Origin: Eledone cirrhosa
Lineage: Eukaryota
Reading direction: 5' to 3'
DNA: 64,000 nt
Assembly: GCA_964016885.1 (NCBI GenBank)
Contig: OZ024743.1
Span: 149,606,001 to 149,670,000, forward strand
This document shows, in pieces, positions 28,205 to 42,244 of the stretch (positions are counted from its first letter, which is position 1; each line of letters starts with the position of its first letter). A program made the translations under genes and the position numbers. The notes under the pieces were generated by a model that was given only the letters and a program-made list of their open reading frames with translations, was not told the DNA's origin and made no database searches.

Positions 28205-30350
28205 CGCTATTGCGTAATCTCCTTAGAATATTTATCCTTTCTTCAATACATAGTCCACAAGACGGATTGCCTCTTGCGTATGTCTTGGACTTAGTGATAG
28301 CTTTCCATTGAATGGAGTAGTCTATACCTGAGTCTTCGAGGGACCTTACGTGGCTTGCGAGCTTCGTGTATGATCGTTTGTCCGGGTACCTAAAAATCGG
28401 CTGATGGTTCAGGAAGCGTTCCTTAAACCGGCCCTCCGCCATACCCACATAGGATTTGACTTCCTGTGGTTGATTTGGTCGGTTGGAAGTGACCACAGCT
28501 TCATAAACTACAGCGAGTGTTGCATTACTGTTGAATAGGACAAGCTTCAGCCTTTCAGCAAGAGCATCCTGGTGGGGTGCCGCTCTTAGGACTGTTGGTG
28601 ATGTGGGCCTTCATATTATTTACGCAGGAGTAACCTAGTTTTACTCTGTGTCTGTTAAAGATGGAGCGGTATTTGTGGCCTATGGGAAAGTGTCTATCTT
28701 AGAGGGCTAAACATTTTTTTCCTACATTAGTTTTAATGTTGAGTGAGAAGGGAAGAGAGAACGAGATAGTTTGTCTATTGTTACGAATTGTTTTCTTATT
28801 GCTGTTGTTGTTAGTGGGGGAGTAAGTAATTGGTTTCGAGAAGCCGCTGATAGCTAACGCCGTGTTATAGTAGGAGACCGCTCTGTCAAAGATTGCCTTA
28901 TTAGAGGAGAGGTTAGAGATTCTAGTACTGATATTATTTACGAAGTTTCTAAAAACAGTAGGAGGGTGGCATGAGTCCTTGTGTAAGTAATTATGTTTTT
29001 TTGTTTAGCTTATGGAAGGGTCTGAAGGTATGTGTTCGAAGGTTTAAATTAATGTCTAAGAAGTCTACGCTAGAGAGGTTGGTAGCTACTGTTATCCTAA
29101 GTCCTAACTCATTAAAAGTAGAAGTTAAATATTTTTTAAACCGGTCAGGTCGTGACTACTTTTATGGCTCGATAATTCAGACCATCGTCGCAGTATATTC
29201 CCGTGTGGAAGTCCAGGAATCTAACACGTAATATATCTAAAATAAATAAGCCAACCAAGTCGCATACGTCAGCACTGTCAATCGATCCCATGGAGTCGTC
29301 GAATAGTTCTGAAGTGGTTGACTTCTTTGCCCAGGCTAGTCCGTTTTTGATGAGGCGGGTTTTCCGGCAGTGTGCAATGATCTCCCTGTCTAAAACATGG
29401 ACGGTAGTGTAAGTGGTAGCAAAGTCCAACGCTTTGTTTAACAGGGTCTCTGAGATCGACGGGTAAAAATCTACAATGTCGAATTGCGTGAACTTCGCTT
29501 TTTTGGAGTTGAAGGAGTTAAACCACTTAATGATGGAGTCGCTGTTCTCCCACTGGGACAGGTTGGACTTGGTCCTAATGGTCTTAACTATCTTTCTAAG
29601 TATGGCCTTACTGACTAGTCCCATTTCTGTGCGTGCCGGGTTTATTAGTCTACACGTGGGATTACAAGCAAAGTCTACCTTGTGATCCTTCAGGGTGAGA
29701 AACGCCTCACGTTTAGCTAAGCATTGTAGTTTCTCATCTACCTTAAGGGCAGCAGCAAGGTCTTTGGCTTCTGTATTGATGTCGTAGTAGGCCGTAGAGT
29801 TAGCCTTCTTATATTTAGAAGTTATGGCGTTACGCGCCAAGTGGCTGTAAGTAGTGTTGTCGACTTCGTAAATATTATTGGTTTTGTCAGAAAGAACGAA
29901 AGTGTTATTGGAAGACCTAAATTTCTTAATATCATTTCTAAGTTTAGTTTGGAAGGTGTTAGAGTGTTTGTGAAAGGAAATGTTAGGTCCGCTTCGAAAG
30001 GAGCGAGTTCAGTTACCTTAGGAAGGTAGGCTCTCGATTTCAGATTGAAGGTGTTACTGGTGCCTGTAATTTTGCCGTCAAAAGCTAGGGCTCGCCATCT
30101 TAAGCGTCTAACGATATCTTCCATCTTTTGTAGGAGAAGCTTTAGGTAAACATGGTTGGGGGTATTGGGAATATTTTTCAGAGAGTAATTCAGTTCGTAT
30201 AAATCTATTCTGACGTTGTTGAGACGCAAAGTTGCGTAGGACACGAGGATATAGAGAGGGCCCACAAGGTGGAAAGCCAAACTCCCACGTGGTGAAGAAT
30301 CTGCTAAAAGCCAAACTTCCACGTGATGAAAAGAATCTGCTGACCGGTGC
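28205..30350 (-). mobile_element. Near full-length decayed PLE, Hydra-clade-like
   Basis: NYSLKNIP, RLRWRA, TLKDHK..NPTCRLINPA, FDIVDFYPSI, MGS.D.A.VCDLVG, YCDDGL (mutated catalytic motif), YVGMAEGRFKERFLNH, CGLCIEE. Confidence 0.9.
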
Positions 30351-30358
30351 TGGAGACG

Positions 30359-30391
<33 letters not shown>

Positions 30392-30399
30392 AGAGAGGA

Positions 30400-33300
30400 C
30401 CCATGAGTCCAGTAAGACATCCTCTCTAGCGGCTGGTGGCACGAATAAAAGCACCCAGTCCATGCTGTAAAGTGACACTGGTGTTAGGAAGGGCATCCAA
30501 CCAGTGTATCAATGCCAAAAACAACTATAAGCACAGCAACAAATATATAGGAACAACAAAAATATGAAGACGTCGCATCTCAGAGTTGCAACACTTAATG
30601 TTGGCACTCTCACAGGTAGATCCGGTGAAATAGTTGAGATGCTGGAGAGAAGGCTTGTGGATGTGTGCTGCGTGCAAGAGGTGAGATGGAGAGGCGCCTC
30701 TGCGAGACTAGTCGCAGGCAAACATCTTAGCTATAAGCTTTTCTGAGTAGATAAGGATGATGGGTTAGGGGGAGTAGGCATTTTCCTGGCTGAGAGATGG
30801 ATCAATAAGACAGTAGAGGTAGTTCGAGTTAATAATCGAATAATTAAGCTTAGTCAGGAGACTACTGACAATCATCTCTGCCTATGCTCCCCAAGCAGGC
30901 CTAGGCAAAGAAGAGAAAGACTGCTTTTACGAGCAACTTTTACAAATAGCCACAATGACAGAGAACGGAGACATCGTTATGTTAGCAGGGGATTTCAATG
31001 GTCATGTTGGACATCTCCAGGATGGTTACACTGGGGTACATGGTGGGCACGGTTACGGCTCAAGAAATGAAGGAGAGCGACTTGTTGAATTTTGTGATGC
31101 AAGTACACTGACTATTTGCAACACTAACTTCCAGACACCTACCAACCACCTAATAACCTACAAATCAGGCGAGCACATAAGCCAGATTGACTTCTTACTA
31201 GTTAGGCAGCGGGATAGGCAGATGGTATCAAATACCAAGGCATACCCTGGGGAAGAATGTACCCCACAGCATAGGTTAGTCGTTAGTGATATCTTAGTAA
31301 GCAAGAGATGGAATGAGACATACAGGAAGGCGTGGAGAAGAAAGGTCTGGAAGCTAAAAGCCCTTTCACTAAAATACAAATTTAGGAAAGCCCTTCAAGA
31401 TGTGCATGACGAAAAAGAAAACGATTTAGAGTCGTATGACATAGATAATAACGGGAATTTCTTACGTGACAACTTACTGCAGGCTAGTGATGAAACTTGT
31501 GGCTGGAGCAAAATTCCAACCAGACAGAGAGTGACCTGGTGGTGGAACAGCACAGTAGATAGGGCCATTAGAGACAAAAGACTAGCATGAAAGGCTTGGA
31601 AAAAGGGTGGGAGTCGAGAAGGATATACAGCCGCTAAGAGAGAAGCTAGCACGCAGGGAGGCTGAGAGTAGGAGGTTTGCCAATGTTCTACGACGGGAAG
31701 ATCAGAGGCGTGCGGTATTCCACATTGCAAGGCAGTGTGTCAATGCAAATCAGGATGTTGTTGGAGATAAATGTGTCCGGAATGATGCCGGTGCACTTAG
31801 TGTCACGAATTATCAAAAAAAGGAGGCCTGGAAATGTCCTTATGAGAGACTGATGAATGTGGAGAACGAATGGGAGAGAGAGAAATTACCCTCAGTAGAT
31901 CCGACATAGGCACCAGCTATTGAGATTGACGAATATAGGGTCGAAGAGGCGATTAAGGAAATGAAAAATGGTAAGGCTGCTGGACCGTCGGGGATAGTTG
32001 CTGAGATGCTGAAGGTGTCAGGGGACGTAGGCACTAAACTGGTTGCACGCATCATCAATTAGGCTATATATGGCGGTGTCATACCCAAACACTGGTGCAG
32101 CAGTATTCTCATAAATTGCTACAAAGGTAAAAGGGATGCTCTGGAGAGGAACAATTACAGGGGTATAAAACTGAAGGATCAGGTTGTGAAAGTGGCAGAA
32201 AGGATATTAACACAACTAATTAGAGAAAGGGTCAAACCAGATGAGATGCAGTTTGGTTTTGTGCCTGGGAAAAGTACAACAGATGCCCACTTCTTGGTGA
32301 GACAATCACAAGGGAGGTTCTTAGAGAATAATAAGCCACTATACTTAGCCTTTGTTGACCTAGAGGAGGCCTTTGATAGGGTACCCCGATCTGTCATCTG
32401 GTGGTCCCTAAGGAAACTAGGTGTTGAGGAATGGCTTGTGAGGACATTGCAAACTTTGTACGGAGGTACTCTCAGTAAAGTCAGGGTAGGAATGGAGTTT
32501 AGTGAGGAATTCCAGATACAAGTAGAAGTACATCAAGGTTCGGTCCTCAGCCTGTTCATGTTCATTATAGTCCTCCAAGCCATAACAGAGGAGTTTAAGA
32601 CTGGCTGTCCATGGGAACTTCTCTATGCTGATGATCTGGTTCTTATAGCAGAATCAGTAGAGGAGCTAGAGAATAAATTCTGGCTATGGAAACAGCAGTT
32701 GGAAGCAAGAGGACTGAGAGTGAACCAAGCTAAGACAAAAGTGTTGATGAGTAGAAAAGAGGACAAAACTCTGATTCCGTCAGGGAAATGGCCATGTTCG
32801 ATATGCAGAAAATGAACTGGCATAAATTCTATAAAATGCACACAATGCAGATTCTGTGTACACAAGAGATGTAGTGGGATAGCAGGAAAACTAACAGGTA
32901 GGGAGAAATACGTATGCAGTAGATGTACAGGGAAATTAGAGAGTAGAAGTCGCATTGATAGACACATTTTTCAAATGCAGGCGGGTGCTATAGAAGTGGT
33001 GGATAGCTTCCGGTACCTAGGAGATTAGATTATCATGGGAGGGGGTGTTCCGAGGCTATAGTATCTAGAATAAGGACGGGTTGGAAGAAGTTTAGGGAGC
33101 TGCTTCTGCTGACGAAGAAGGGTGTCTCCCTGCGTACGAAAGGCCGGTTGGAGATGCAGGACATGGCAGATTATCATGGGAGGGGGTGTTCCGAGGCTAT
33201 AGTATCTAGAATAAGGATGGGTTGGAAGAAGTTTAGGGAGCTGCTTCCTCTGCTGACAAAGAAGGGTTTCTCCCTGCGTACGAAAGGCCGGTTGTATGAT

Positions 33301-33460
33301 GCCTGTGTGAGGAGCGCGATGCTGCATGGTAGTGAGACATGGACAGCAACTGCAGAGGATATGCGACGGCTGGAGAGAAATGAGGCAAGCATGCTCCGTT
33401 GGGTGTGCAATGTGAATGTGTATGGCGACCCAGCATGGATGTGTTGAAAGAGAAACGGTG
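30400..33460 (+). mobile_element. RTE-clade LINE (APE + RT + Cys/His-rich insertion), decayed
   Basis: LRVATLNVGTL, VQEVRW, GDFNGH, QIDF, QFGF, FVDLEEAFD, LLYADD, CSIC..CTQC..H.RC..CSRC; 5' UTR block TTAGGAAGGGCATCC; internal ~125-bp duplication 33027/33168. Confidence 0.92.
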
Positions 33461-33469
33461 TCTGAGAGG

Positions 33470-34690
33470 GATAGTGTACACTTTCAGAGCCATTTTCCGT
33501 GAAAAACTGTGTAAATGAAGGCAACCATACTTGCACCCACTCAGTTCTCCATCTACTTTGCCGTGCTGCTGATATTTGCCTTCAAAGACTTTAAATACTG
33601 TGTATACTTGCGAATAAGAACCCCTGGCAAAATGTTTAATCTAAGCCGCTCAACACCAAATCCCAAACCTTTGTCACGCTTGTTAAGGCGTTCTATTATA
33701 TTGATGATGCAGATTTTGCGGCACTCACTGTAGAGGACATGCAGTTGATATTGGACACCTTTTCCAATGCATGCACTGCTTTTGGGCTTAATATTAGTAT
33801 AAAAAAGACAAATGTCATGTACACTCCACGAGTTGGGGAAGGGTATGTGGAGCCAGGCATTTTCGTGAGAGGAAAAAAGCGCTTGAGGTGGTAGACAGCT
33901 TTGTGTACCTCGAAAGCACACTTAGTAGACATGGTCCCCTTCATGCTGAAAAAGATCACAGGATTTCGAAAGCGAGACATGCTTTCGGGAAGCTTGAGAA
34001 GCGAGTCTGGTCAAATCGGGTTATCACGAGAAACAAAGCTCTCTGTGTATGAGGTCTGTGTTCCTCTAGACCTGCGATTTGGATGCGAAACGTGGACAAA
34101 CTACAGGCATCACATCAGGCAGCTGGGAATCTTTCATCAGCATTGTGTCCGGTGCATACTGAACATCGAGTGGCCCTCTTACACACATGATGCTGCTGTA
34201 TTTGAGAAAGCGGGCAGCACCAGTATTGAGAGGGAGATTATTCTAAACCAGATACGTTGGGCTGGTTATGTAGCCAACATGGAAGATGGAAGGCTGACTA
34301 AACAGTTATTTTATGGGGAGCTGACCAGAGAAAAAAGACTACAGCATAAAACAAAGAAGTGGTTTAAGAATGTCATAAAAGACAATCTTAAAGCTCTGAA
34401 GATTTATAGGGAAAACTGGGAGAGACTGGCTGAAGGCCATATATTATGGGAAATGAACATCAAGTATGTATGTGATGTCTTTGAGAAAAAGCGAGTGGAG
34501 TATGCTGTTTTGAAGCGTTCACTCAGTAAACGGGACCCAAGTCCAGTGCCTGCAAAATTCCAGCAAGAATTTAGTTGCAATGTATGTGGCTGATTTCTTC
34601 TAATAAGAGGTGGATTTGTCAACCATCTGAAATCACTTGAACCAGGGAGAAATCGAGCCACCTGTGAGATAGTTCTACCGCCACACATTC
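33470..34690 (+). mobile_element. RTE (BovB-like) LINE 3' half
   Basis: LAPTQFSIYF, YIDD-like motif, FGCETW, QIRWAGYV..KQLFYGEL, terminal CNVCG. Confidence 0.85.
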
Positions 34691-34693
34691 AAC

Positions 34694-34883
34694 AGGCGGA
34701 TTGGCAGTATCGGTAAGGGTCGGACGCCATGCTTTGAAGCATAGAGTTACCTCCCTTTATGATCTGAGTTCAAATCCCGCCGAGGTTAACTTTGCCTTTC
34801 ATCCTTACGGGGTCGATAAAATAAAGTACCAGTAATGCACTGGGGTAATTGCTGGCCTTGTGCCAAAAGTAGAAACAATAATT
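34694..34883 (+). mobile_element. tRNA-derived SINE (octopod-like), full length
   Basis: GGCGGATTGGCAGTATCGG..GAGTTCAAATCCC..AGAAACAAT. Confidence 0.87.
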
Positions 34884-35115
34884 ACAACGAGTGTGACTTA
34901 ATTTGCAAGTCAGCTGATGAAATGACAGATTTTTTTGCAAGCAAACAGCCTTATAACGCCATGTTTTTGTTTGTTTGTATTTATGATCATCGTCATCCGT
35001 TCGTTCTAGCAAACGAATCGAATGATCTTATTATTCGATATAAAATCATAAATAAGTTTATGTAATCCACTATGTGAGAGCGAGAAATAAGATTCCAATT
35101 TTGTACTTTCGCGCG

Positions 35116-35202
<87 letters not shown>

Positions 35203-35583
35203 ACACACACACACATTTCTTTTTTTTCGCCTCCTTATTCCTGAGAGGGTCGTGGTGGAAGAGTCCTCGAGCTCGCGCTCCAGCGGGTCATGTCAGAAAC
35301 AACCTACTGAAGTTCATATAGCTAGACAGGCAAGCGGGACTAACCGATTTCATGGATATTACCCAACCCCTGGTCCTCCTGTAAAATCTGTCCAGCGATT
35401 ATTTCCTGTGACATTCTAACCATATGTCCGTAATATTGGACTGTGATTTTTTTAATTCGGAGACGTAGCTTCTTTACCAGGAGCGACTCTCTGGTCTCCG
35501 GTCTGCGTACTCTATCGACTAACGTTACTCAAAAGACTCTTAAGGCGCTTTAATTTGTGGTCGTATTCGTATAGGTAAAGGTT

Positions 35584-38500
35584 CCCGACGGCATTGCTCT
35601 GACACTACCCGTTGCCACCGCCCTGCTGCATTGAGGAGGGGTTGGACTTTCGGTTCCTGGTAGGGCCACCCAAGGCGGATTGGTCTGGCACCTAGCGGTA
35701 TTAGGGCGGCAACCCGGCAAAAGGGGCTCTGGTGAAAATCCAAGAGGTGTCTGTTCCGGCAACCGGCGGCTTCGGGTCGTTTCTGTCTCTGCGTCTGTGG
35801 AGAATCTGCGGCAAACAGGACGTTTTTTCCTCTCGTTCGGGATATACATGCGGGTTTTGGGGGGACCGCTTGTGAATTCACTACTCCCATGACACTTTTT
35901 CCATGAATCCTACAAATACGAGCTATGAATACGAATTGCCTTCCCGCTACGAACGCAATGCAAAACAACAACGCTCCCACCGCTAGAGCTCTACAGACTA
36001 CTCTCGCAGTAGTCCCGTTCTTCAGACGAAGGAATGAATTGAGAGTGGCGTGCTGGAACGTCCGAACACTTCGGGACGACGATGTCCAGGCACTTACAAT
36101 GAAGGCTCTGCACAGGTACTGCGTTAGTGTCGCTTGCCTTTCAGAAGTTCGACTTCTCGATGTTGGTCATCTCCGATCAAAGTTCCTGGCGAGGACATCT
36201 ACCACTTGTACCATAGTGGCGTGACTGACAACAGTGGCCTTCACGGGGTCGCTGTAGCGCTCAGCCCCAACGCGCAAGCGGCTCTGCTAATGTGGCAGCC
36301 GATTTCACATCGACTCGCGCTGGTTCGATTGAAGGGTCAAATCTCCAACGTCAGCGTAATTGCCGTCTACGCTCCTACACTCAATGCGGACGAGGCGGAC
36401 AAGACGCAGTTCTATGCCGATCTCCAAACATCCGTGGATGGCGTCCCCTCCAGTGATATTCTCATTGTCGCTGGGGACTGGCATGCGCGGACAGAGCCGG
36501 CTGATGATACAACACGGCATATACTAGGACGCTTCATCATAGGTGTACGCTGTGACAATGGTGAACAGCTCGTATCCTTCGTGGCTGCCAATCATCTTAT
36601 CGTCACCAACACCCGGTTCCAACATCCTCGACATCACCTCGTCACGTGGCGATCCAATGACGGAAGAACGGCCAATCAGATTGACTACATCCTGGTCAGA
36701 TCTCGTTGGGCCAGCACAGTGATGGACTCGCGTGCGTATCGAGGGGCTGATACGGGCAGTGAGCATGGATCAGCCCATACTCTTGATCGAGCAACCCTTC
36801 GTCTGCGGCTGCAGGCGAAACCTCCTCCCAACCGCCAGAAAAGGATCAACATCTCGCGACTCAAGCTCGATGCTGGAAATGCTTTCCGGCTAGAGCTGCG
36901 AAACCGATTCCAAATGCTGAGTAACGAAGTGGAACAGTAACCGGAGCAGGAGTTGAACGCGCTCAGGGCGGCGATGGTTGAGGTGGCCAGAGAGCATCTC
37001 GGATCGACCCAAAGACGCCATCGGGACTGGATCTTCGGCGGCACTCTTGAACTCGCGGAGAGGGCGAGAGTGGCCCGACTCGAGGGTGCACCCAACTTCG
37101 AGATCTCCGACGTCGCACATATCGGGCTATTCGGGCCGATCCGAATGCACACTGGCGCGAATTTGCGGAGCAGACGGAGAGGGCAGCAGCCTGTGGTGGC
37201 TCGCGCAAGCTCTACCAACTGGTGAAGCGAGCCAGCCGAAGCAGTACGGGTATCAGCGAGACGATCCGTGATCGGAACGGGGCGGTCATTACTAATCTTA
37301 ATGACCGGCTAGTCCGATGGCGGGACCATTTCTCCAAGCTGCTCAACCACCCGCCCCCACCCATGCCAACCTACGTGCCTTCCGCCAGAGAAGAATACGG
37401 GTGCAGCACTGCCCCTCCAACGATCGAGGAGGTATATAGTGTCCTGACATATCTCCGGAACAACAAGGCGTTCCAGCTGAGGTCTACAAGGCCGAGCCTG
37501 ATGTCTTCGCAGCTTAGCTCCACCAAGTCTTCTCCTCGGTGTGGGCGACGGAGCGGTTCCCTGGTGAGTGGAGCGAGGTAATTCTCCTACCCTTCTTCAA
37601 AAAAGGCGACAGGAAACTGTGTTACAACTACAGGGGTATCAGTTTAATTGACGTTGCTGCCAAAACCTTCGCAATCCTTCTGCTGAAGAGGTTCCAGGCC
37701 ATCCGTGAATCCGTACCCGTCCTTCTCAGGGATGCTTCTGTCCGGGGGGGGGGGACGTTGATCAAATCTTCATTCTCCAGCGTGTCCTGGAACAACCGTG
37801 GGCACATCAACAGCCTACTGTCCTCTTCTTCATCGACTTTGCAGCTGCCTTCGACTCGGTAGATCGGGAAGCCCTATGGCGTATAATGCAGGCGGACGGC
37901 ATCCCAGTGAAGCTGCTTAGTCTCATACATGGCTAGTACCGGTCGACTCGGGCTCAAGTCAGGGTCTATGGTGGGGAGACGGAGTCGTTCGATGTTGGGA
38001 CCGGTGTTCGGCAGGAGTGTGCGCTATCGCCAACTTTCTTCAACTACGCCATTGACTACACTCTCAATACAGCGCTCCGGGATTACCCAGGCGTAGAGGT
38101 CGGGAGAGGAGTCGTGGTGACGGACCTGGCCTACGCGGATGACATCGTGCTGATGGGCGCTAACGGGACAGATGTACAGGGTGCTCTCGAAAAGGTGCAC
38201 ACTGCAGCCGCCGCTGTTGGTCTACGAATCAATGCTGCCAAGTCGAAAGTCATGACGTCACCGGTCTCGCCTGATGCCTGGAAGCCAATATCTCTTGAGG
38301 GCGTGGCCCTGGTGGATGTGGATTCCTTCGTTTACCTGGGCTCAACCTGGGACAGGGCGCAGCCGAGGTCAAACGTCGCATAGGTGCTGCCAGATCCGCT
38401 TTTTGTCTGTGGGACAGAAAAGAGATCACCTCGGCGACCAAAGGGCGTATCTACCAGGCCGTCGTTCGCACTATCCTCCTCTATGGCTGTAAAACATGGC

Positions 38501-38985
38501 CTGTGAGGGTAGTCAATCAACGAGGGCTGGAGGTCTTCGAAAATGACTGTCTCCGCCGCATTCTTCGCTGCCGACGCGTTGATCGGGTACCTATCACCAG
38601 TCTTCGTCTTCGCCTGAATCTTCGACCCCTTCCTTCAGTGATTCTGCAACGGCGCTTGAGGTGGTTTGGTCACGCAGCCCGGCGCCCTGAGGGTGAACTG
38701 ATCCGCGATGTTCTCCTCCCACCTCCACTCCCTAACTGGCGCAAGCACGTTGGCGGGCAGCTGAAGACCTGGGCAACGACGATCAAGGAGGACCTCTACG
38801 AACTCTCAGGTTCGCAGGTGGTCGGCCTGCGCCGATGGAACCGTGACTGGCTCGCTATCTCCAGTGACCTAACCCGGGACCGTCGTGCGTGGGCTGCCAT
38901 GGTTCGGGATGCCGTCAGGACAAGGGAAGAAGCCGGCTCAACCCGTCCAGAGTGAATGTCGACACAAGTACAAGTACATGTACAA
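35584..38985 (+). mobile_element. Full-length GC-rich RTE LINE, frameshifted ORF ~35925-38955
   Basis: ACWNVRTL, YAPT, GDW, QIDYIL, NYRGISL, FIDFAAAFDSV, LAYADD, RRLRWFGH; (CAAGTA)n tail; flanking direct repeat GTAAAGGTT at 35575-35583 and 38986-38994. Confidence 0.93.
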
Positions 38986-38999
38986 GTAAAGGTTGGCTC

Positions 39000-40600
39000 A
39001 AATACCAAATTGAATGTTTTCGACTTAGCACCATTTATTCGAACACAAATACTAAGACATTCGTACAGAGACATCAGGGCAACAGAAAGATCCCTATTGA
39101 CCCCATGTTCCGTCAGAACCTTTCACAGAAGGTCCCGTGGAACAAAGTGATATACCTTTTCAATGTCTACGAAACCAGTATATACTTCTTGGCAATACTC
39201 CCTTTACATGAAGCAGTGTGAATATTTTGTCGACTGTGCTGCTTCCGGAGCGAAAACCACTCTGTTCGTCAGCTAGCTTGAACTCGACAATATCCTCACA
39301 TCTCTTTGCCAGACACTTAGCATAGACTTTACCAGGTAGACTTGACAAGGAGATCACTCTATAGTAATTGGAGCAGTCTTTCTTGTATTTTTATTTTTTT
39401 AAGATTGGGATTTTCACTTCCAATTGCTATTCTTTATGTGCCTTTCTAAAGATTAAGACCATCAGGCACACACGAATCAGCCAGTGAATACCTTCTCTAT
39501 TTAAGGCTTTTAACATCTCTGGCCGAATTTCATCTTCCCGAGCAGCCTTTCCACATTTGATCTCTTTAATTCTTGCTCACAGATGCACCTTGTGTACATC
39601 AAAATATGCTGTTGTGACTGGGTTCTGGAGATCATCAAAGTATTCTCTCCACCCCGCCAAGACGCACTTTACCGAAGAGAAGAGAAGCTCAGATGCATTC
39701 CTCATAGAAGGCGTGAAAGAGAACTTATTATTAAGACGTTGGTGGATGGTCTGTCAGAAAAATTTATTTGCTGACCTGACGTTAGATCCAGCTTAACCCC
39801 AAAGTCCTCCCTTGTCTTAACTTTGGGCACCTTTACTGTCTCTGCAGCGACCTTTCGCGTCCACTTGTTCTGCAAATGCAAGACAGAGGACCTATTTCCA
39901 AGCCAACTTCTCCCCTCCCCAACACTTCTTTGCTCGGATGACATATTTGATCTCTTGATTAAGCCAAGGGGGCCTCCTGCCACCCGGTGCCTCACCTGAC
40001 TATGCTGCTTTCTCCCACAGAATTAATAGCTGAAGTAGAAACTACCGAGCTGAAAAGCTCTCACTTCCATTTAACGCCCTCAGTTTGCTAAGGGAGTTCT
40101 CCGAATATGGATGCAGTAGTATCCGCATACGTGGTCCTGATTCCCTTATCAACCAATGCTTCCCCCTTTATCACGTAGGTCGACCTGGACCTGTCAATTG
40201 CGTGGGCTTCTTTGTCTTTGTGTAGTTGCACGTTGTAGAAGATAACTAGATGAGGATTAGTTAACAACTCAGCCTCTCTCTTAACTCGGAGTCACAGCAC
40301 AGAATCGAAGAGATCAGAGACAAAAACAAAATCAATTGTTAATCTCTGTCCTTGATTCTCCTTATACCATGTGTATTTATGGATGTCTTTATGCTGAAAG
40401 AAAGTATTCATAAGTGTTCATTACTAAAACCTCTCTAATAAGGCCTCTCCATTCGTATTTAGATCGGGATTGCCGTTCCTTCCGACCGCTCCATTCCATG
40501 TCAGGTGGTAAGGTGTTAGCATGTACATTGAAGTTTCCGATCAGCCTATATTATTCATTCTTAACTATATCTAACGCCACAGTGACTTCATCAAGGAAAG
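39000..40600 (-). mobile_element. Decayed RTE-clade LINE (APE to RT); further APE piece at ~41665-41890
   Basis: ISLSSLPGKVYAKCL..EQSGFRSG.STVDKIFTL; NTFFQHKDIHKYTW; WKLHDSG..AR.GILI. Confidence 0.75.
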
Positions 40601-40719
40601 ACTTGTCTTCAGACTTGTTTTTTGGGGGAGAATGTGTGTGCGTGTGTGTGGTGGTGGTGGTGGTGTGTATGTGTGTGTGGGGGGAGTTTGTATAAGCATG
40701 CATTATCCTCAGTGACCTT

Positions 40720-41645
40720 TTTTCTTTTTTTTATTACCCTAAACTCCGCCAGTTGCAGACTGCGCATCAACATGAGATATTTTTCTCCACAGAGTTCGAT
40801 CACCACCAGCAGAGTTTAAAGAGCGAAGATCAAGTCCAGTCCATAAGTTGACATTATCATGCCATCGTTTTGGCTGCCGGCCTCTGCTTCTCTTACCAGC
40901 CAGCCTTCCTTCTATGCATAACCTACTCACACCACGAGTTGGTCTTTTTATATGACGGTATAGTTTGAGTACTCTTGATTTGACAATTGATATAATTGGT
41001 CTAAGTTTGGAAATGTTGAGCAACTCACTGATACAGATGTGGTCGCTGAGCCGCTTGCCAGTCATAAGTCTCATGATGTGGTTCTAGAATGTAGAATTAA
41101 CACAGCCCAATTAATACAGCCCAGACCAAATAACACAACTGGTAGGATGTAAGTATCGAAGTTCTTAGCCTTAAAATTAGCCTTTTCATGAGTTTCATTG
41201 CAGCACGAGTGAAGTCAGACCTTTACGCCACATTTCTTGGAACACGAGCTGCGTATCAACCTGGAAGATGCACCATTGAGCAGATCCTAGCTATTGAATA
41301 AATCATTGAAAAGTTAATAGAATTCAACAACCCTGTGCACATCACCTTCATTGATTTCACAAAAGCTTTCGACAACGTGAAACTACCCAGCTTGTGGCAA
41401 CTCTTAAACAATACCTCAATTAACAAAAATACATGAACCTACTGAAAGCAACTTACACCAACTCAACAGCATATATCAAAACAGATTTGGGAACTCCACG
41501 CTGTATAGACATCTTGAAGGGAGTTAAGCAGGGGGATGTATTATCAGCACTTCTTTTCTGTATAGTTATAGCTGCACTTATCTACCAAACTGAAGAAGAA
41601 TGCTCGTCTGGCCATCAAATAGGAGGTAAAATCTTATCAGTAACC
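40720..41645. mobile_element. 5'-inverted LINE (RTE-group): 3' end on - (40720-~41215), RT core on + (~41220-41645)
   Basis: Minus: GKRSRGRQPKRW..DRTLWRK plus A-rich tail; plus: FIDFTKAFDNV, GVKQGDVLSALLF. Confidence 0.7.
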
Positions 41646-42094
41646 TACCTTACAGCTAAAACTTCAACAGACAAATTCACCCCCCACTAATGGGATGCAG
41701 TCCATAACAAATTCTGACAGTCGGGATTTTATGAGTATACCCACTCTCGCCTGTACAGTTGTTTCTGGTGGCATGCCTGAATCGTGGAGTTTCCATCCTC
41801 TACGCAAATTTACAGTACCAGTGGCACGACTATATCTAGCCGATAGCACCAAACCCCTTCCACTAGTTCTTACTCCTTACCTGTAAGAGTTATGATTTTC
41901 CAGGTTACAATTGTCAAGGTTTGCTCCAACGTTTGTGCGTCCATTCCATGACTCCCATGACAGTTCACAAGTCCATCGGCAATTTTTTAAAGCATAAAAC
42001 AGAGACTGCAATATATTTTTCTTTCTTGTGTCAGGCCGTATTGCAGTGTTTTGGTGGTTATTTTCGGACCCACGAAAATAAAGATGGATATTTC

Positions 42095-42168
<74 letters not shown>

Positions 42169-42244
42169 AAAAATAGTTTAATTAGGAATAAGTATAAATT
42201 AGTATAAATAAGTATTAGTTAGTATTTAGTTTTAGTTTTAAGTT

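Noticed and set aside
28205-30350. In-frame stops in PLEs as selenocysteine recoding (known in some Naiad PLEs)
   Set aside because: Interruptions include frameshifts and non-TGA stops, and the catalytic motif is mutated: ordinary decay. The endonuclease is also C-terminal, unlike Naiads.
34694-34780. tRNA gene
   Set aside because: The A/B boxes belong to a multi-copy SINE head; no cloverleaf.
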